Shown here in pieces: positions 1 to 11,194 of a stretch of 28,586 bases of DNA (position 1 is its first letter; every line of letters starts with the position of its first letter). The position numbers and the translations under genes were made by a program. The DNA lies in NCBI GenBank assembly GCA_002269645.1, contig NIVC01005013.1, positions 1-28,586 on the forward strand, in the 5' to 3' direction. This DNA comes from Macrostomum lignano. Its lineage: Eukaryota. The notes under the pieces were generated by a model. The model saw only the letters and a list, made by a program, of their open reading frames with translations. It was not told the DNA's origin and made no database searches.

Positions 1-35
1 ATGTCAGTGTACTGAACCCTCGAATCGGGTCGCCG
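1..35 (-). CDS. TH: Tyrosine hydroxylase exon 6, partial, runs off the window (GDPI[P]RVQYTD)
   Basis: tttcag acceptor and phase-2 start fit exon 5. Restoring one C in ATT-C(C)G-AGG gives GDPIPRVQYT, matching TH GDPIPRVEYT. Confidence 0.85.
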
Positions 36-138
36 CTGAAATCAATATATAGTAGCAAGTGAAAATTTTAATTTTACGATACACTCAATAAAGCAGCAAC
101 ATTCAAGAACCCCTATTGAGCACGGCAGAGGTCCTTAC

Positions 139-206
139 TATCGGTAGTTAAAGGCGATTTCAACAACTTCCGAGCGTCTCCTCCTGTACTCCTGGTCGTG
201 GAACCC
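139..206 (-). CDS. TH: Tyrosine hydroxylase exon 5 (GFHDQEYRRRRSEVVEIAFNYRY)
   Basis: aacag acceptor, gtaagg donor, 68 nt, phase 0 to phase 2. Matches [23 protein letters not shown] of TH. Confidence 0.95.
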
Positions 207-282
207 CTGTTTGCATATTTTGGGACATTGTTTAAACAGTTGGCACATGCAAATCAATAGAAAAAAGACTCATTTTACTTAC

Positions 283-371
283 CGGATGGTCGGTGGCCAG
301 TTCCGGTTGGAACTTGAGCAGCAGGTGCGTGCACTCATCTAACTCGGAGATGTGCCTCGGGAACCACAGGT
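283..371 (-). CDS. TH: Tyrosine hydroxylase exon 4, start of catalytic domain ([29 protein letters not shown])
   Basis: ttcag acceptor, gtaagt donor, 89 nt. Matches the [29 protein letters not shown] segment of TH; length and boundaries equal the homologous vertebrate PAH exon. Confidence 0.95.
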
Positions 372-444
372 CTGAAGGAGTTTTCAATGGAAAATTTTAG
401 GTGAAACATTGCTATGATGAAGTCTCTGAGGATGTAGGATTCTG

Positions 445-2137
445 GGGAACTGAGATAATTGGAGGAGGTGGCACTCAGGGAACTGAGACAAAGGGAGGCA
501 AGTGGCACTCAGGGAACTGAGACAATGGGAGCAAGTGGCACTCAGGCAACTGAGACAATGAGAGGCAAGTGCACTCAGGCAACTGAGACAATGGGAGGGA
601 AGTGGCACTCAGGGAACTGAGACAATGAGAGGCAAGTGGCACTTAGGGAACTGAGACAATGGAGGGAAGTGGCACTTAGGGAACTGAGACAATGGGAGGG
701 AGGTGGCACTCAGGGAACTGAGACAATGGGAGGGAGGTGGCACTCAGGAACTGAGACAATGGGAGGGAGGTGCACTCAGGGAACTGAGACAATGGAGGGA
801 GGTGGCACTCAGCGCAACTGAGACAATGGGAGGGAGGTGGCACTCAGGCAACTGAGACAATGGGAGGCAAGTGGCACTCAGGCAACTGAGACAATGGGAG
901 GCAAGTGGCACTCAGCACTGAGACAATGGGAGGCAGTGGCACTCAGGGAACTGAGACAATGGAGGCAAGTGGCACTCAGAAAACTGAGACAATGGGAGGC
1001 AAGTGGCACTCAGGCAACTGAGACAATGGGAGGCAAGTGGCACTTAGGGAACTGAGACAATGGGAGGGAAGTGGCACTTAGGGAACTGAGACAATGGGAG
1101 GGAAGTGCACTTAGGGAACTGAGACAATGGAGGGAGGTGGCACTCAGGGAACTGAGACAATGGGAGGGAGGTGGCACTCAGGCAACTGAGACAATGGGAG
1201 CAAGTGGCACTCAGGCAACTGAGACAATGGGAGGCAAGTGGCACTCAGGGAACTGAGACAATGGGAGGCAAGTGGCACTCAGGCAACTGAGACAATGGGA
1301 GGCAAGTGGCACTTAGGGAACTGAGACAATGGGAGGGAAGTGGCACTCAGGGAACTGAGACAATGGGAGGGAGGTACACTCAGGGAACTGAGACAATGGG
1401 AGGGAGGTGGCACTCAGGCAACTGAGACAATGGGAGGGAGGTGGCACTCAGGGAACTGAGACAATGGAGGGAGGTGGCACTCAGGCAACTGAGACAATAG
1501 GAGGGAGGTGGCACTCAGGCAAGACTGAGACAATGGGAGGCAAAGTGGCACTCAGGGAACTGAGACAATGGAGCAAGTGGCACTCAGGCAACTGAGACAA
1601 TGGGAGGCAAGTGGCACTCAGGGAACTGAGACAATGGAGGGAAGTGGCACTCAGGGAACTGAGACAATGGGAGGGAGGTAAGCACTCAGGGAACTGAGAC
1701 AAATGGGAGGAGTGGCACTCAGGCAACTGAGACAATGGGAGGGAGGTGGCACTCAGGCAACTGAGACAATGGAGGCAAGTGGCACTCAGGCAACTGAGAC
1801 AATGGGAGAGGTGGCACTCAGGCAACTGAGACAATGGGAGGCAAGTGGCACTCAGGAACTGAGACAATGGAGGCAAGTGGCACTCAGGCAACTGAGACAA
1901 TGGGAGGGAAGTGGCACTTAGGGAAACTGAGACAATGGGAGGGAAGTGGCACTATAGGGAACTGAGACAATGGAGGGAGGTGGCACTCAGGGAACTGAGA
2001 CAATGGGAGGGAGGTGGCACTCAAGGCAACTGAGACAATGGGAGGGAGGTGGCACTCAGAGCAACTGAGACAATGGGAGGCAAGTGGCACTCAGGGAACT
2101 GAGACAATGGGAGGCAAGTGGCACTCAGGGAACTGAG
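445..2137. repeat. 33-34 bp minisatellite (gtggcactcagggaactgagacaatgggaggcaa), about 50 units, filling TH intron 3
   Basis: Directly visible; each unit has a small CTCAG-nnnn-CTGAG inverted repeat. Confidence 0.97.
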
Positions 2138-2157
2138 CAGGACGGCAATCAGCTCAC

Positions 2158-2327
2158 GGGTTTGGCCGAGTCCTTATTCTCCTGCAGCACGGAGGCAACC
2201 TGAGGCAGGCCTGACAGCTCCCGCACCAGTGCATCGTAGCTGGCCTCGAGGCACTTGTGACCAGCAGGATGTCCACAGTGGAACCGGCGCTGCGACACTC
2301 CAGGTGCACCAGCTCCACTGATTGCAG
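2158..2327 (-). CDS. TH: Tyrosine hydroxylase exon 3, ACT domain, with apparent 1-nt deletions
   Basis: ctgaccccag acceptor; reads LQSVELVHLECRS...VDILLV, then in a shifted frame KCLEASYDALVRELSGLPQVASVLQENKDSAKP; gtgagc donor. VHLECR resembles TH IHHLETR. Needs one base restored internally and one at the donor to fit the phase-1 junction. Confidence 0.7.
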
Positions 2328-2882
2328 CTGGGGTCAGGTGTTCGCGGCAGGCAGGGGGAGAGGGTTGTTCTCTGATTGCGTGCATCGATTTTCTAAGAAA
2401 CAGCCCCCCACTCTGGACGGCCATTCTACAGCAGCCCGGCCGGTTTCCGGGCCACCAGAGACGGGCTGAGGACCCTCCCCCCTGCCTACTCATTCCGCTC
2501 CCACAACTCTAACTCTTGGGCTTCTGCTTCTCCCGCGCCGACCCCCGACCCGTGTGCAAACTTCCTGCTGTCCCAGTGACTGCAGTTATTTATACTGCCG
2601 CTATCAGAGCCCGCATTGTCCCCCCCAGCAACCGCGGACTTCATCCCTTCAAATCAGGATTTCTTGAGACCCGTGTTTCCCCTTGCTGTTGGACCTTCCT
2701 TTTCTGCTCAAACCGGCCGCGGCTTCAATGCCGAACTCTCAATTTCAATGCTGCTTTTTCACCAGACCAAAGAATTGAGATATTGATTGAGCGTCAGAGG
2801 TGATGTTGCTGGAAGAATAGAAGCTGGCGGATAATGCAGTCGACTAAAAATAGATGCTGCTCGTCACGACAGCGGTTGGTCC

Positions 2883-3351
2883 ATGATATCTGGTTTATGA
2901 GATCTGGTCTATGAGATCTGGTCTATGAGATCTGGTCTATGAGATCTGGTCTATGAGATCTGGTCTATGAGATCTGGTCTATGAGATCTGGTCTATGAGA
3001 TCTGGTCTATGAGATCTGGTCTATGAGATCTGGTCTATGAGATCTGGTCTATGAGATCTGGTCTATGAGATCTGGTCTATGAGATCTGGTCTATGAGATC
3101 TGGTCTATGAGATCTGGTCTATGAGATCTGGTCTATGAGATCTGGTCTATGAGATCTGGTCTATAAGATCTGGTCTATGAGATCTGGTCTATGAGATCTG
3201 GTCTATGAGATCTGGTCTATGAGATCTGGTCTATGAGATCTGGTCTATGAGATCTGGTCTATGAGATCTGGTCTATGAGATCTGGTCTATGAGATCTGGT
3301 CTATGAGATCTGGTCTATGAGATCTGGTCTATGAGATCTGGTCTATGAGAT
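2883..3351. repeat. 14 bp tandem repeat (atgagatctggtct), over 30 near-perfect units, with a degenerate tail to ~3560, in TH intron 2
   Basis: Directly visible. Confidence 0.97.
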
Positions 3352-3596
3352 CTTATACACTAGATCTTATCTATGAGATCTTATCCATGAGATCTGGTTC
3401 GTGAGATATTTTTGAGATCTGATCTATGAGATTTGGTCCATGAAAGCCATGATATTTGATCGTGAGATCCGTCAGATTATAGCCATGAGATCTGTGAGAT
3501 TTGGTCATGAGATCCGTGAGATTTGGCTATGAGAACTATGAGATCCATGACATTGGATCCAATGCATTTTCATATCTCACCGATCCTCGAACTCAC

Positions 3597-3803
3597 CTCA
3601 GTCTGCCTCAGCAGCTCCCGCACCGTCATGGAGACGCTGTAGCCGGTCTGTCTGGCAATCTTGACAACAGTGGCGTATCGCTTCATTCTGAGCAGCATCG
3701 AGGCCTCCTGCTCGTCCTGCTCGAGGCTGCGGGCCACCTCCTCGTTGATGCGAGCCTCCTTGTAAGCGTCAGCGATCAGACTGTCTCGGCGTTCGTCGTG
3801 CTT
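3597..3803 (-). CDS. TH: Tyrosine hydroxylase exon 2, regulatory region (KHDERRDSLIADAYKE...RQTE)
   Basis: ttctag acceptor, 207 nt (69 codons) open, GAG|gtgagt donor. RRDSLIADAYKE matches the TH-specific RRQSLIEDARKE (Ser40) motif. Confidence 0.9.
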
Positions 3804-3869
3804 CTAGAATTGTTATTCATTATTAGTGACTAAATTTTGCTTCATTATGGCATTGCGATGTGTAGTTTA

Positions 3870-4052
3870 TAGGATAACCTGAAGTCGTTTATAAACCTGG
3901 AGCAGTTTATGGGATACCTGGAGTAGCTTATAGGATACCTGGAGTAGTATATGGGATACCTGGAGTAGTTTATGGGATACCTGGAGTAGTATATGGATAC
4001 CTGGAGTAGTTTATGGGATACCTGCAGGAGTAGTTTATTGGATACCTGGAGT
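3870..4052. repeat. ~21 bp tandem repeat (ggatacctggagtagtttatg) in TH intron 1
   Basis: Directly visible, roughly 8-9 imperfect units. Confidence 0.9.
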
Positions 4053-4112
4053 GGAAACCGATTCTCTTAAGCCCACTAAGCACTTCAGCAATCGAAGGCA
4101 TCGATGTCGAAC

Positions 4113-4226
4113 CTGAATCTCAACACTGTAGCTCTTTTGATAGCGAAGTCGCCGCTTGGACTCCAGGCTGTTGTTGCTGTCGTGCTTGTCGCCAGGGCCG
4201 GCGGTACTGGAACTCGGCTTGTCCAT
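4113..4226 (-). CDS. TH: Tyrosine hydroxylase, first coding exon (MDKPSS...RRLRYQKSYSVEIQ)
   Basis: ATG at 4226, 38 codons, phase-0 donor CAG|GT. KSYSVE resembles the KSYSIE motif of invertebrate TH N-termini. Splices in frame to the next exon. Confidence 0.75.
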
Positions 4227-4785
4227 TGCTTACTCCAATCTTTCTGTAAACAGTGCCAGAGATTTTCGTCAAACTGCTGGCTGATCCGGAGATTCGCCGC
4301 TTTTTTACCGATTTTTACCTGCATTCCTGCGAAATAATTCGCCCTCGGCTCTGATTGGCTAGCTAGTCGCAGCAGATTAAATAAATAAAACACGCTCACT
4401 TCTACTCTTTTGTTTGCGTCAGTAGTGTAGTTTGCCTATGAATAAATTAATTTATTAGTATAGCTGTACAAAATTTAATTTCCACTGTTCTTAAATAAGA
4501 CTGGACGGCTCAGAGAGAGACTGGAAATGAAGCGGGGACGAACTACGTTTTGAGTACAATGCCGTCTTCATCAAAATTTAAGATGCTGGAGAAGCTAGCG
4601 CTTTGCTCACAATGGACCGTCATGGGCGGAGAGTTAAAGACCTTCTCTCTTTCTCTCTCTTTCTCGCCTCATTTTTTATACAGAAGCGGACGGTTGGACA
4701 GAGATCGGCAGTGGAAAGGTGAAAACTTTGAGCAAAACTGAACCGTCAGCTAAGCATCAAGTGAGCAGCTTGCTATCGAATCACC
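4227..4785. promoter_or_regulatory. Short divergent interval between TH (-) and the plus-strand gene; candidate bidirectional promoter/5'UTRs
   Basis: About 560 bp between the two putative start codons. Contains ATTGG (~4353), TGCGTCA (~4415), a 16-bp AT palindrome (4441-4456) and GGGCGG (~4624). Function inferred only from position. Confidence 0.45.
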
Positions 4786-5034
4786 ATGGCAACTGGTCGA
4801 ACTGGTCGAACTGGTCAGTTCGACCGGGACCGCCTGGCCGGCATGTGCGAGTCGGAGGCTGCCGGGCTGCGCGAGTACGCGGAGTATCTGGACGGCTTCA
4901 AGCTGCAGGTGGCCGACACGGTCAACAGCGAGGACCGGCTGCAGGAGATCTACCAGGAGACGGCACCCACTGCCGCCGCGGCCGCGGTTGAAACTGGCAC
5001 CGTGCGGGCCTACCTGGTTGGCAACGACCTGAGG
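4786..5034 (+). CDS. Putative first coding exon of the plus-strand gene (MATGRTG...GNDLR)
   Basis: ATG start, GC3-rich codons, 83 codons, AGG|gtgagg donor. No family motif recognised. Its phase 0 does not match the next identified exon (phase 1), so a further exon or an indel is implied. Confidence 0.55.
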
Positions 5035-5429
5035 GTGAGGGACTTCTCTCGATGCCTCTGCATAAAGCGGTGAACGCGGCTGACTGTCGCAGGCGCCGCA
5101 ACCCCCGGCTCGAAAATTGGCTGGGGGAGGGGTTGTCGTGCGATTTGCAGCCACGAGCAACCCCCAAGGCACAGAGAGAGTACGTGCCTGACGCTTAGAA
5201 AGTCAGGGCTGCTGTACAACCTGTGTGAGCGTGTGTGAGTGCTGTGCCTGCGTACAGTATTTGCGCGCTTGTGCAGTGTGCTCAGGGGTCAGCGGAACGG
5301 GCAGAACCGCCGTCAGCGCTGGTTGTGGGACGATGCCGCCGAAGGCGTTGCGCCAGAGTGCCCCCCAGCCAAGCGACTTTTTTTCATAGAAATACCCAAA
5401 TAAAGAAACCCCATCAGGACATAACAAAA

Positions 5430-6426
5430 AAGACACTCCCATAAAGACACCCCCATAAAGACACCCCCATAAAGACACCCCCATAAAGACACCCCATAAA
5501 GACACCCCCATAAAGACACCCCCAGACACCCCCGATAAAGACACCCCATGAAGACACCCCCATAAAGACACCCCGATGAAGACACCCCCATAAAGACACC
5601 CCATAAAGACAGCCCCATAAAGACACCCCCAAAAAGACACCCCGATGAAGACACCCCCATAAAGACACCCCCATAAAGACAGCCCCATAAAGACACCCCC
5701 AAAAAGACACCCTATAAAGACACCCCATATAGACACCCCCATAAAGACACCCCCATAAAGACACCCCCATAAAGACACCCCATAAAGACACCCCCATAAA
5801 GACACCCCCATAAAGACACCCCCATAAAGACACCCCAGACACCCCGATAAAGACACCCCCATGAAGACACCCCGATGAAGACACCCCATAAAGACACCCC
5901 ATAAAGACAGCCCCATAAAGACACCCCCAAAAAGACACCCCCAAAGAGACACCCCCATAAAGACACCCCCAAAAACACCCCATAAAGACACCCTATAAAG
6001 ACACCCCATATAGACACCCCCATAAAGACACCCCCATAAAGACACCCCATAAAGACACCCCCATAAAGACACCCCCATAAAGACACCCCCATAAAGACAC
6101 CCCCATAAAGACACCCCCAGACACCCCCGATAAAGACACCCCCATAAAGACACCCCGATGAAGACACCCCATAAAGACACCCCATAAAGACAGCCCCATA
6201 AAGACACCCCCAAAAAGACACCCCAAAGAGACACCCCCATAAAGACATCCCCATAAAGACACCCCAAAAAGACACCCCCAAAAAGACACCCCATAAAGAC
6301 ACCCCATAAAGACACCCCATAAAGACATCCCCAAAAAGACACCCCATAAAGACACCCCATAAAGACACCCCCATATAGACACCCCCAAAAAGACACCCCC
6401 ATAAAGACACCCCCATAAAGACACCC
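5430..6426. repeat. 14-15 bp tandem repeat (ataaagacacccc[c]) in an intron
   Basis: Directly visible; explains the GCLYGGVF pseudo-ORFs. Confidence 0.97.
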
Positions 6427-6448
6427 TCCCGCCCTCTGACCACCGCAG

Positions 6449-6800
6449 AAGGCCGGCCGCCGCCGAACCACGAGCTGGAGGCCGCTGCCGTGAAGATTCA
6501 GCGGTCCTACCGGGCACACCGGATCCGGCGCCGCTGGCTCCAGCTGGTGTCCCGGATGGTGAAAGTCGGCGGCGCCGGCGACTCGGAGACACGCCTGGTG
6601 CCGGCCAGCCTGTTCGACAGCTACGCTCGGAGTCGCCTGCTGGCTGGCGGAGGCGGCAGCGGCGGCGGCAGCGGCGGCGGCAGCGGGGGCAGACCAGTCG
6701 TTTCTAATGGCGGAGGCGGCGGTCGATCCGCGCCGATGGAGGAGAGGATGCTGACCTACAGAAGAAGCCACGAGCTGCTGCACGGTGACGAGTTCACCAG
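6449..6800 (+). CDS. Coding exon with an IQ-like motif and a Gly-rich tract
   Basis: ctgaccaccgcag acceptor, AG|gtggtg donor, open frame AAVKIQRSYRAHRIRRRWLQL...GGGGSGGGSGGGSGG...GDEFTR. Phase 2 matches the exon at 9662. Confidence 0.65.
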
Positions 6801-6896
6801 GTGGTGACTGGCAGAAGATCGGAGCTTTGCTTCCGCGCATTTGTTGACCTGGACTCGGAGATTAACTAATGAGTCATTTACGAATATTCGATGCGA

Positions 6897-7735
6897 CTGA
6901 CACCCAAATCAGTGACTCCCCCCTGACACCCAAATCAGTGACTCCCCCTGACACCCAAATCAGTGACTCCCCCTGACACCCAACTCAGTGACTCCCCCCT
7001 GACACCCAAATCAGTGACTCCCCCTGACACCCAACTCAGTGACTCCCCCCTGACACCCAAATCAGTGACTCCCCCTGACACCTAACTGAGTGACTCCCCC
7101 GTGACACCCAAATCAGTGACTCCCCCCTGACACCCAAATCAGTGACTCCCCCTGACACCCAACTCAGTGACTCCCCCCCTGACACCCAAATCAGTGACTC
7201 CCCCGTGACACCCAAATCAGTGACTCCCCCTGACACCCAAATCAGTGACTCCCCCCTGACACCCAACTCAGTGACTCCCCCCCTGACACCCAAATCAGTG
7301 ACTCCCCCCTGACACCCAACTCAGTGACTCCCCCTGACACCCAAATCAGTGACTCCCCCCTGACACCCAACTCAGTGACTCCCCCTGACGCCCAAATCAG
7401 TGACTCCCTCTGACACCCAAATCAGTGACTCCCCCTGACACCCAACTCAGTGACTCCCCCTGACACCCAAATCAGTGACTCCCTCTGACACCCAAATCAG
7501 TGACTCCCCCTGACACCCAAATCAGTGACTCCCCCTGACACCCAAATCAGTGACTCCCCCTGACACCCAAATCAGTGACTCCCCCTGACACCCAAATCAG
7601 TGACTCCCCCTGACACCCAAATCAGTGACTCCCCCTGACACTCAAGTCAGTGACTCCCCCTGACACCCAAATCAGTGACTCCCCCTGACACCCAAATCAG
7701 TGACTCCCCCTGACACTCAAGTCAGTGACTCCCTC
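6897..7735. repeat. 25-26 bp minisatellite (tgacacccaaatcagtgactccccc), over 30 units, intronic
   Basis: Directly visible. Confidence 0.97.
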
Positions 7736-8754
7736 GACAGACACGCCACAGACTGAGAAAATTTCTTTCAATGTTCAATCGAATCGCTTTCGCATCGGAG
7801 CCAGAGGCTTGCAGAAGTTTATCTGTACAGAATTAATAAAATTTCCCTAACTTCAGAATAAAGCTTGTTTTTCCTGTGTTTTTTGAACTGACAAGCTATA
7901 AGTTTGGTCGTTGAGATGATCGAACACTCAGATAGCTTGGCCATAAAAAATTTGGCCATACTTTTTTGGCCTGCCAGGTGTATTTTCCAAAATTGGGTTG
8001 ATAGTGATTGGTAAAGCTTGCCCCCCCCCTCAAAAATTTTCTGGATCCGCGCCAGTTTTTTAAGTATCGTTGCAAGTCTCAATCCTGAGCAGCAAAATTA
8101 CGTATCCAATAGAAAGTTGGACGTCTCCGATACGTACCTTTTTTGGTTGCAGGAATGTCCCTGATACGTATTTAATTTTTATGATTCTCTAGAGTACTTC
8201 AATTTAGAATAATTTTCCGAGTTGCATGATTTTGATAGTTCGTAACTTACTTTCGTCTTTGCACATTTTTGGAATCCGTGATTTCGAAGAAAAGGTGCAA
8301 TGGGTCCGAGTTGAACTACACGTGACAGATTACACTGATAAAGATTAAATTTTCTGAATTATAACCTGCTTTTTTAATTTTACCAACAAACCTTTGTTTG
8401 TTTACACCTAAGAAAGAATATTGGTCAGCAAATACGCAATCGATATTTTTGATTTGATAAAGTAGCAGACTGGGTTTACACTGTCCAGTATTCACAACTT
8501 TTTTAGTTATAAAAATCAAATTACTTTTTAAAGAAAATTTACTCATTGCTCTTATAGTTTAACATAAATATACTAACAAATTAAGACCTGTTTTAGTATT
8601 CTACTACTAACTCTAGATGACTCTAAGTCTAAATAAATTTGTACTAAAAATTTATATTCTGTAACAAAATATTTCTATGCAACAATAGGAATTAAAATCT
8701 TAGTAGAAATTGCCATTTTGTTAAAGATGATGGGGCATTGTATGTACATTTGCC

Positions 8755-9248
8755 AGTCAATTGGGGTGTTGGGGCTCAGTCAATTTGGGTGGGGGCTCAG
8801 TCAAATGGGGTGTTGGGGCTCAGTCAATTTGGGTGGGGGGCTCAGTCAAATGGGGTGTTGAGGCTCAGTCAATTAGGGTGTTGGGGCTCAGTCAAATGGG
8901 GTGTTGAGGCTCAGTCAATTGGGGTGTTGAGGCTCAGTCAATTAGGGTGTTGGGGCTCAGTCAAATGGGGTGTTGAGGCTCAGTCAATTGGGGTGTTGAG
9001 GCTCAGTCAATTAGGGTGTTGGGGCTCAGTCAAATGGGGTGTTGGGGCTCAGTCAATTAGGGTGTTGGGGCTCAGTCAATTTGGGTGTTGGGGCTCAGTC
9101 AATTGGGGTGTTGAGGCTCAGTCAAATGGGGTGTTGGGGCTCAGTCAAATGGGGTGTTGAGGCTCAGTCAATTAGGGTGTTGGGCTCAGTCAATTAGGGT
9201 GTTAGGGCTCAGTCAAATGGGGTGTTGGGGCTCAGTCAATTGGGGTGG
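8755..9248. repeat. 23 bp G-rich minisatellite (ggggtgttggggctcagtcaatt), intronic
   Basis: Directly visible. Confidence 0.95.
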
Positions 9249-9661
9249 GTCCCAGCTAATTGAGGTGGCAGGGCTCGGCAAGCAGTATTTATTAAACGAG
9301 CTAGATTAAAACCACTTAGAGTGGAAAGCATCGATTAAGAGCAATGGCAACTGTGAACAGTACCATCTGGAGAGTGCATGATCAATTTGTTGATGCCCTG
9401 ATGCATTGGGGTTTGGAATTTGCCTAGAACAAACTAGAGCAGCTACATTGTCAGCACATATTTACTTCATACTAAGTATATACATGTATCTATAGTTATC
9501 CATTTTCTATTAATATACCGGTACATGTAAGGCACAGGAATTTCATATGAACTCCAACGCTGCTGTCTGTACACTTTGGATTGGTGTATGCTGCTTATTG
9601 TGTTTATTTGAGCGAGTGCATGTAGCCAGTTCTAATCTCTTCTGTCTAATTAATATCGCAG

Positions 9662-9774
9662 AGCTGCGCCCACTGAACCGCTGGATTTGGAGACAGCAAC
9701 TAAGGACGATAACCGAGCTACTCCTGCTGCTTCGCCTGCGGCTGAAGTCTGCATCAACAGACGTTTGACCGCCT
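9662..9774 (+). CDS. Putative low-complexity coding exon (AAPTEPLDLETATKDD...RRLTA)
   Basis: atcgcag acceptor, gtgagt donor; open in the phase-2 frame required by the preceding exon and ends phase 1 as required by the next. Confidence 0.55.
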
Positions 9775-9857
9775 GTGAGTTAGAAAAATTGATATGGACT
9801 AGAACAGTCGGTTAGTTACAGGGCAGTGTTAGGGGAGCTGTTGGGGTAGCTTTTAGG

Positions 9858-10242
9858 TAGGGGTAGGCAAACTTCGGCTATAGAATTCTAGATAATAATT
9901 ATATAGAATTCTATGCTTCGGGCCTCAGGCCACATGCGGCCCGCAAAGCCTCTCTATCCGGCCCTCGGGTCCTTTGAAACTCCACAATAGTAATCCGGCC
10001 CGCTCAATGTTTAAGTCTCTTCTCAGCTCCCTTCTCCTCCTCGCTTTTCTCTTCTCTCCTCTCTCCTCTCCTATTTCATCTCTCCTCTCCTCGTCTCTTC
10101 TCATTTCCTTAATTTCCTCACCTCTTCTTTCTCCTTTCTCTCTTCTGTCTTCTTTCCTCTCTTCTCTCCCCTCCTCTGGCCTGCATTCATGTAGTCAGGT
10201 TCTCTATCAGTCCCTTGAGGTAAAAATTTTTGCCGGCCCCTA
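9858..10242. mobile_element. hAT-like non-autonomous DNA element (MITE-like) with an internal CT-rich tract
   Basis: Imperfect terminal inverted repeats taggggtaggcaaac / ttttgccggccccta and subterminal ggccacatgcggcccgc and ccggcccgc motifs typical of hAT ends. No 8-bp target duplication found. Confidence 0.5.
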
Positions 10243-10858
10243 AGGGGAGCCGTTGGGGTAGCTTAAAGGGGAGTTGCTGGGGTAGCTTAAAGGGGAGTTG
10301 CTGGGGTAGCTTAAAGGGGAGTTGCTGGGGTATCTTTAAGGGGAGTTGCTGGGGTAGCTTTAAGGGGAGCCGTTGGGGTGGCTTAAAGGGGAGTTGCTGG
10401 GGTAGCTTTAAGGGGAGTTGCTGGGGTAGCTTTAAGGGGAGCCGTTGGGGTAGCTTTAAGGGGAGCCGTTGGGGTAGCTTTATGGGGAGCCGTTTGGGTA
10501 GCTTTATGGGGAGCCGTTGGGGTAGCTTTATGGGGAGCCGTTGGGGTAGCTTTAAGGGGAGCTGTTGGGGTAGCTCTAAAGGGGAGCCGTTGGGGTAGCT
10601 TTATGGGGAGCTGTTGGGGTAGCTTTATGGGGAGCCGTTGGGGTAGCTTTAAGGGGAGCCGTTGGGGTAGCTTTATGGGGAGCTGTTGGAGTAGCTTTAT
10701 GGGGAGCTGTTGGGGTAGCTTTATGGGGAGCTGTTGGGGTAGCTTTAAGGGGAGCCGTTGGGGTAATGGGGAGCTGTTGGGTAACTTTATGGGGAGCTGT
10801 TGGAGTAGCTTTATGGGGAGCCGTTGGGGTAGCTTTAGGGGAGCTGGTAGTGGAGCTT
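10243..10858. repeat. 24 bp G-rich minisatellite (ggggagccgttggggtagctttaa), intronic; one detached unit at ~9829-9857
   Basis: Directly visible. Confidence 0.95.
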
Positions 10859-10919
10859 TCAAATGCGGAGCACTTTTAACCGCCTCTCATTTCTGTCCCA
10901 TATTTGGAATCACCGCCAG

Positions 10920-11189
10920 CTTTAAGCGCCGTCATCCGCGAATCCGGCATCGAGAGGCCATCCAACGGAAGCAGCAAAAATCAGGCCGAACAAACAAAGA
11001 AGAAGGCCGATCTGCCTGACCGACAAGAACAACTGCTCACAGCGGCCCAACATGACTGCCGAGACGGCTGCGGCAGCGGCGGAGCTCACGGAGGCCGAGA
11101 AACTGGATTGTCGTCGAGATGTTCAGCGGCCTGGTGGTGAACACGGCGGATGCTGTCGCCGTGGAGACGAGGAAAACGGAGTCGCCGAG
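10920..11189 (+). CDS. Putative coding exon preceding the SLC4 cytoplasmic domain
   Basis: ccgccag acceptor, GAG|gtaatg donor, GC-rich. The entry frame (phase 1) and the exit frame (phase 0) differ, so an internal indel or another boundary is needed. Confidence 0.5.
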
Positions 11190-11194
11190 GTAAT

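Noticed and set aside
445-2137. Regular ~34 bp repeats resembling a CRISPR array
   Set aside because: Units are contiguous with no unique spacers, there are no cas genes, and the array lies in a spliceosomal intron.
5139-5152. 14-bp match (gcgatttgcagcca) to the LINE start region at ~20526
   Set aside because: Too short, and no flanking similarity.
5240-5370. GC-rich patch that could be the missing exon between 5034 and 6449
   Set aside because: No convincing donor/acceptor pair with the required phases.
5203-6840. 545 aa and other GCLYGGVF-type ORFs on the minus strand
   Set aside because: Stop-free translation of a 14-15 bp repeat plus the antisense of a GC-rich exon.
8020-8054. gcccccccctcaaaaattttctggatccgcgcc resembles one end of a MITE
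   Set aside because: No partner inverted end or target duplication found.
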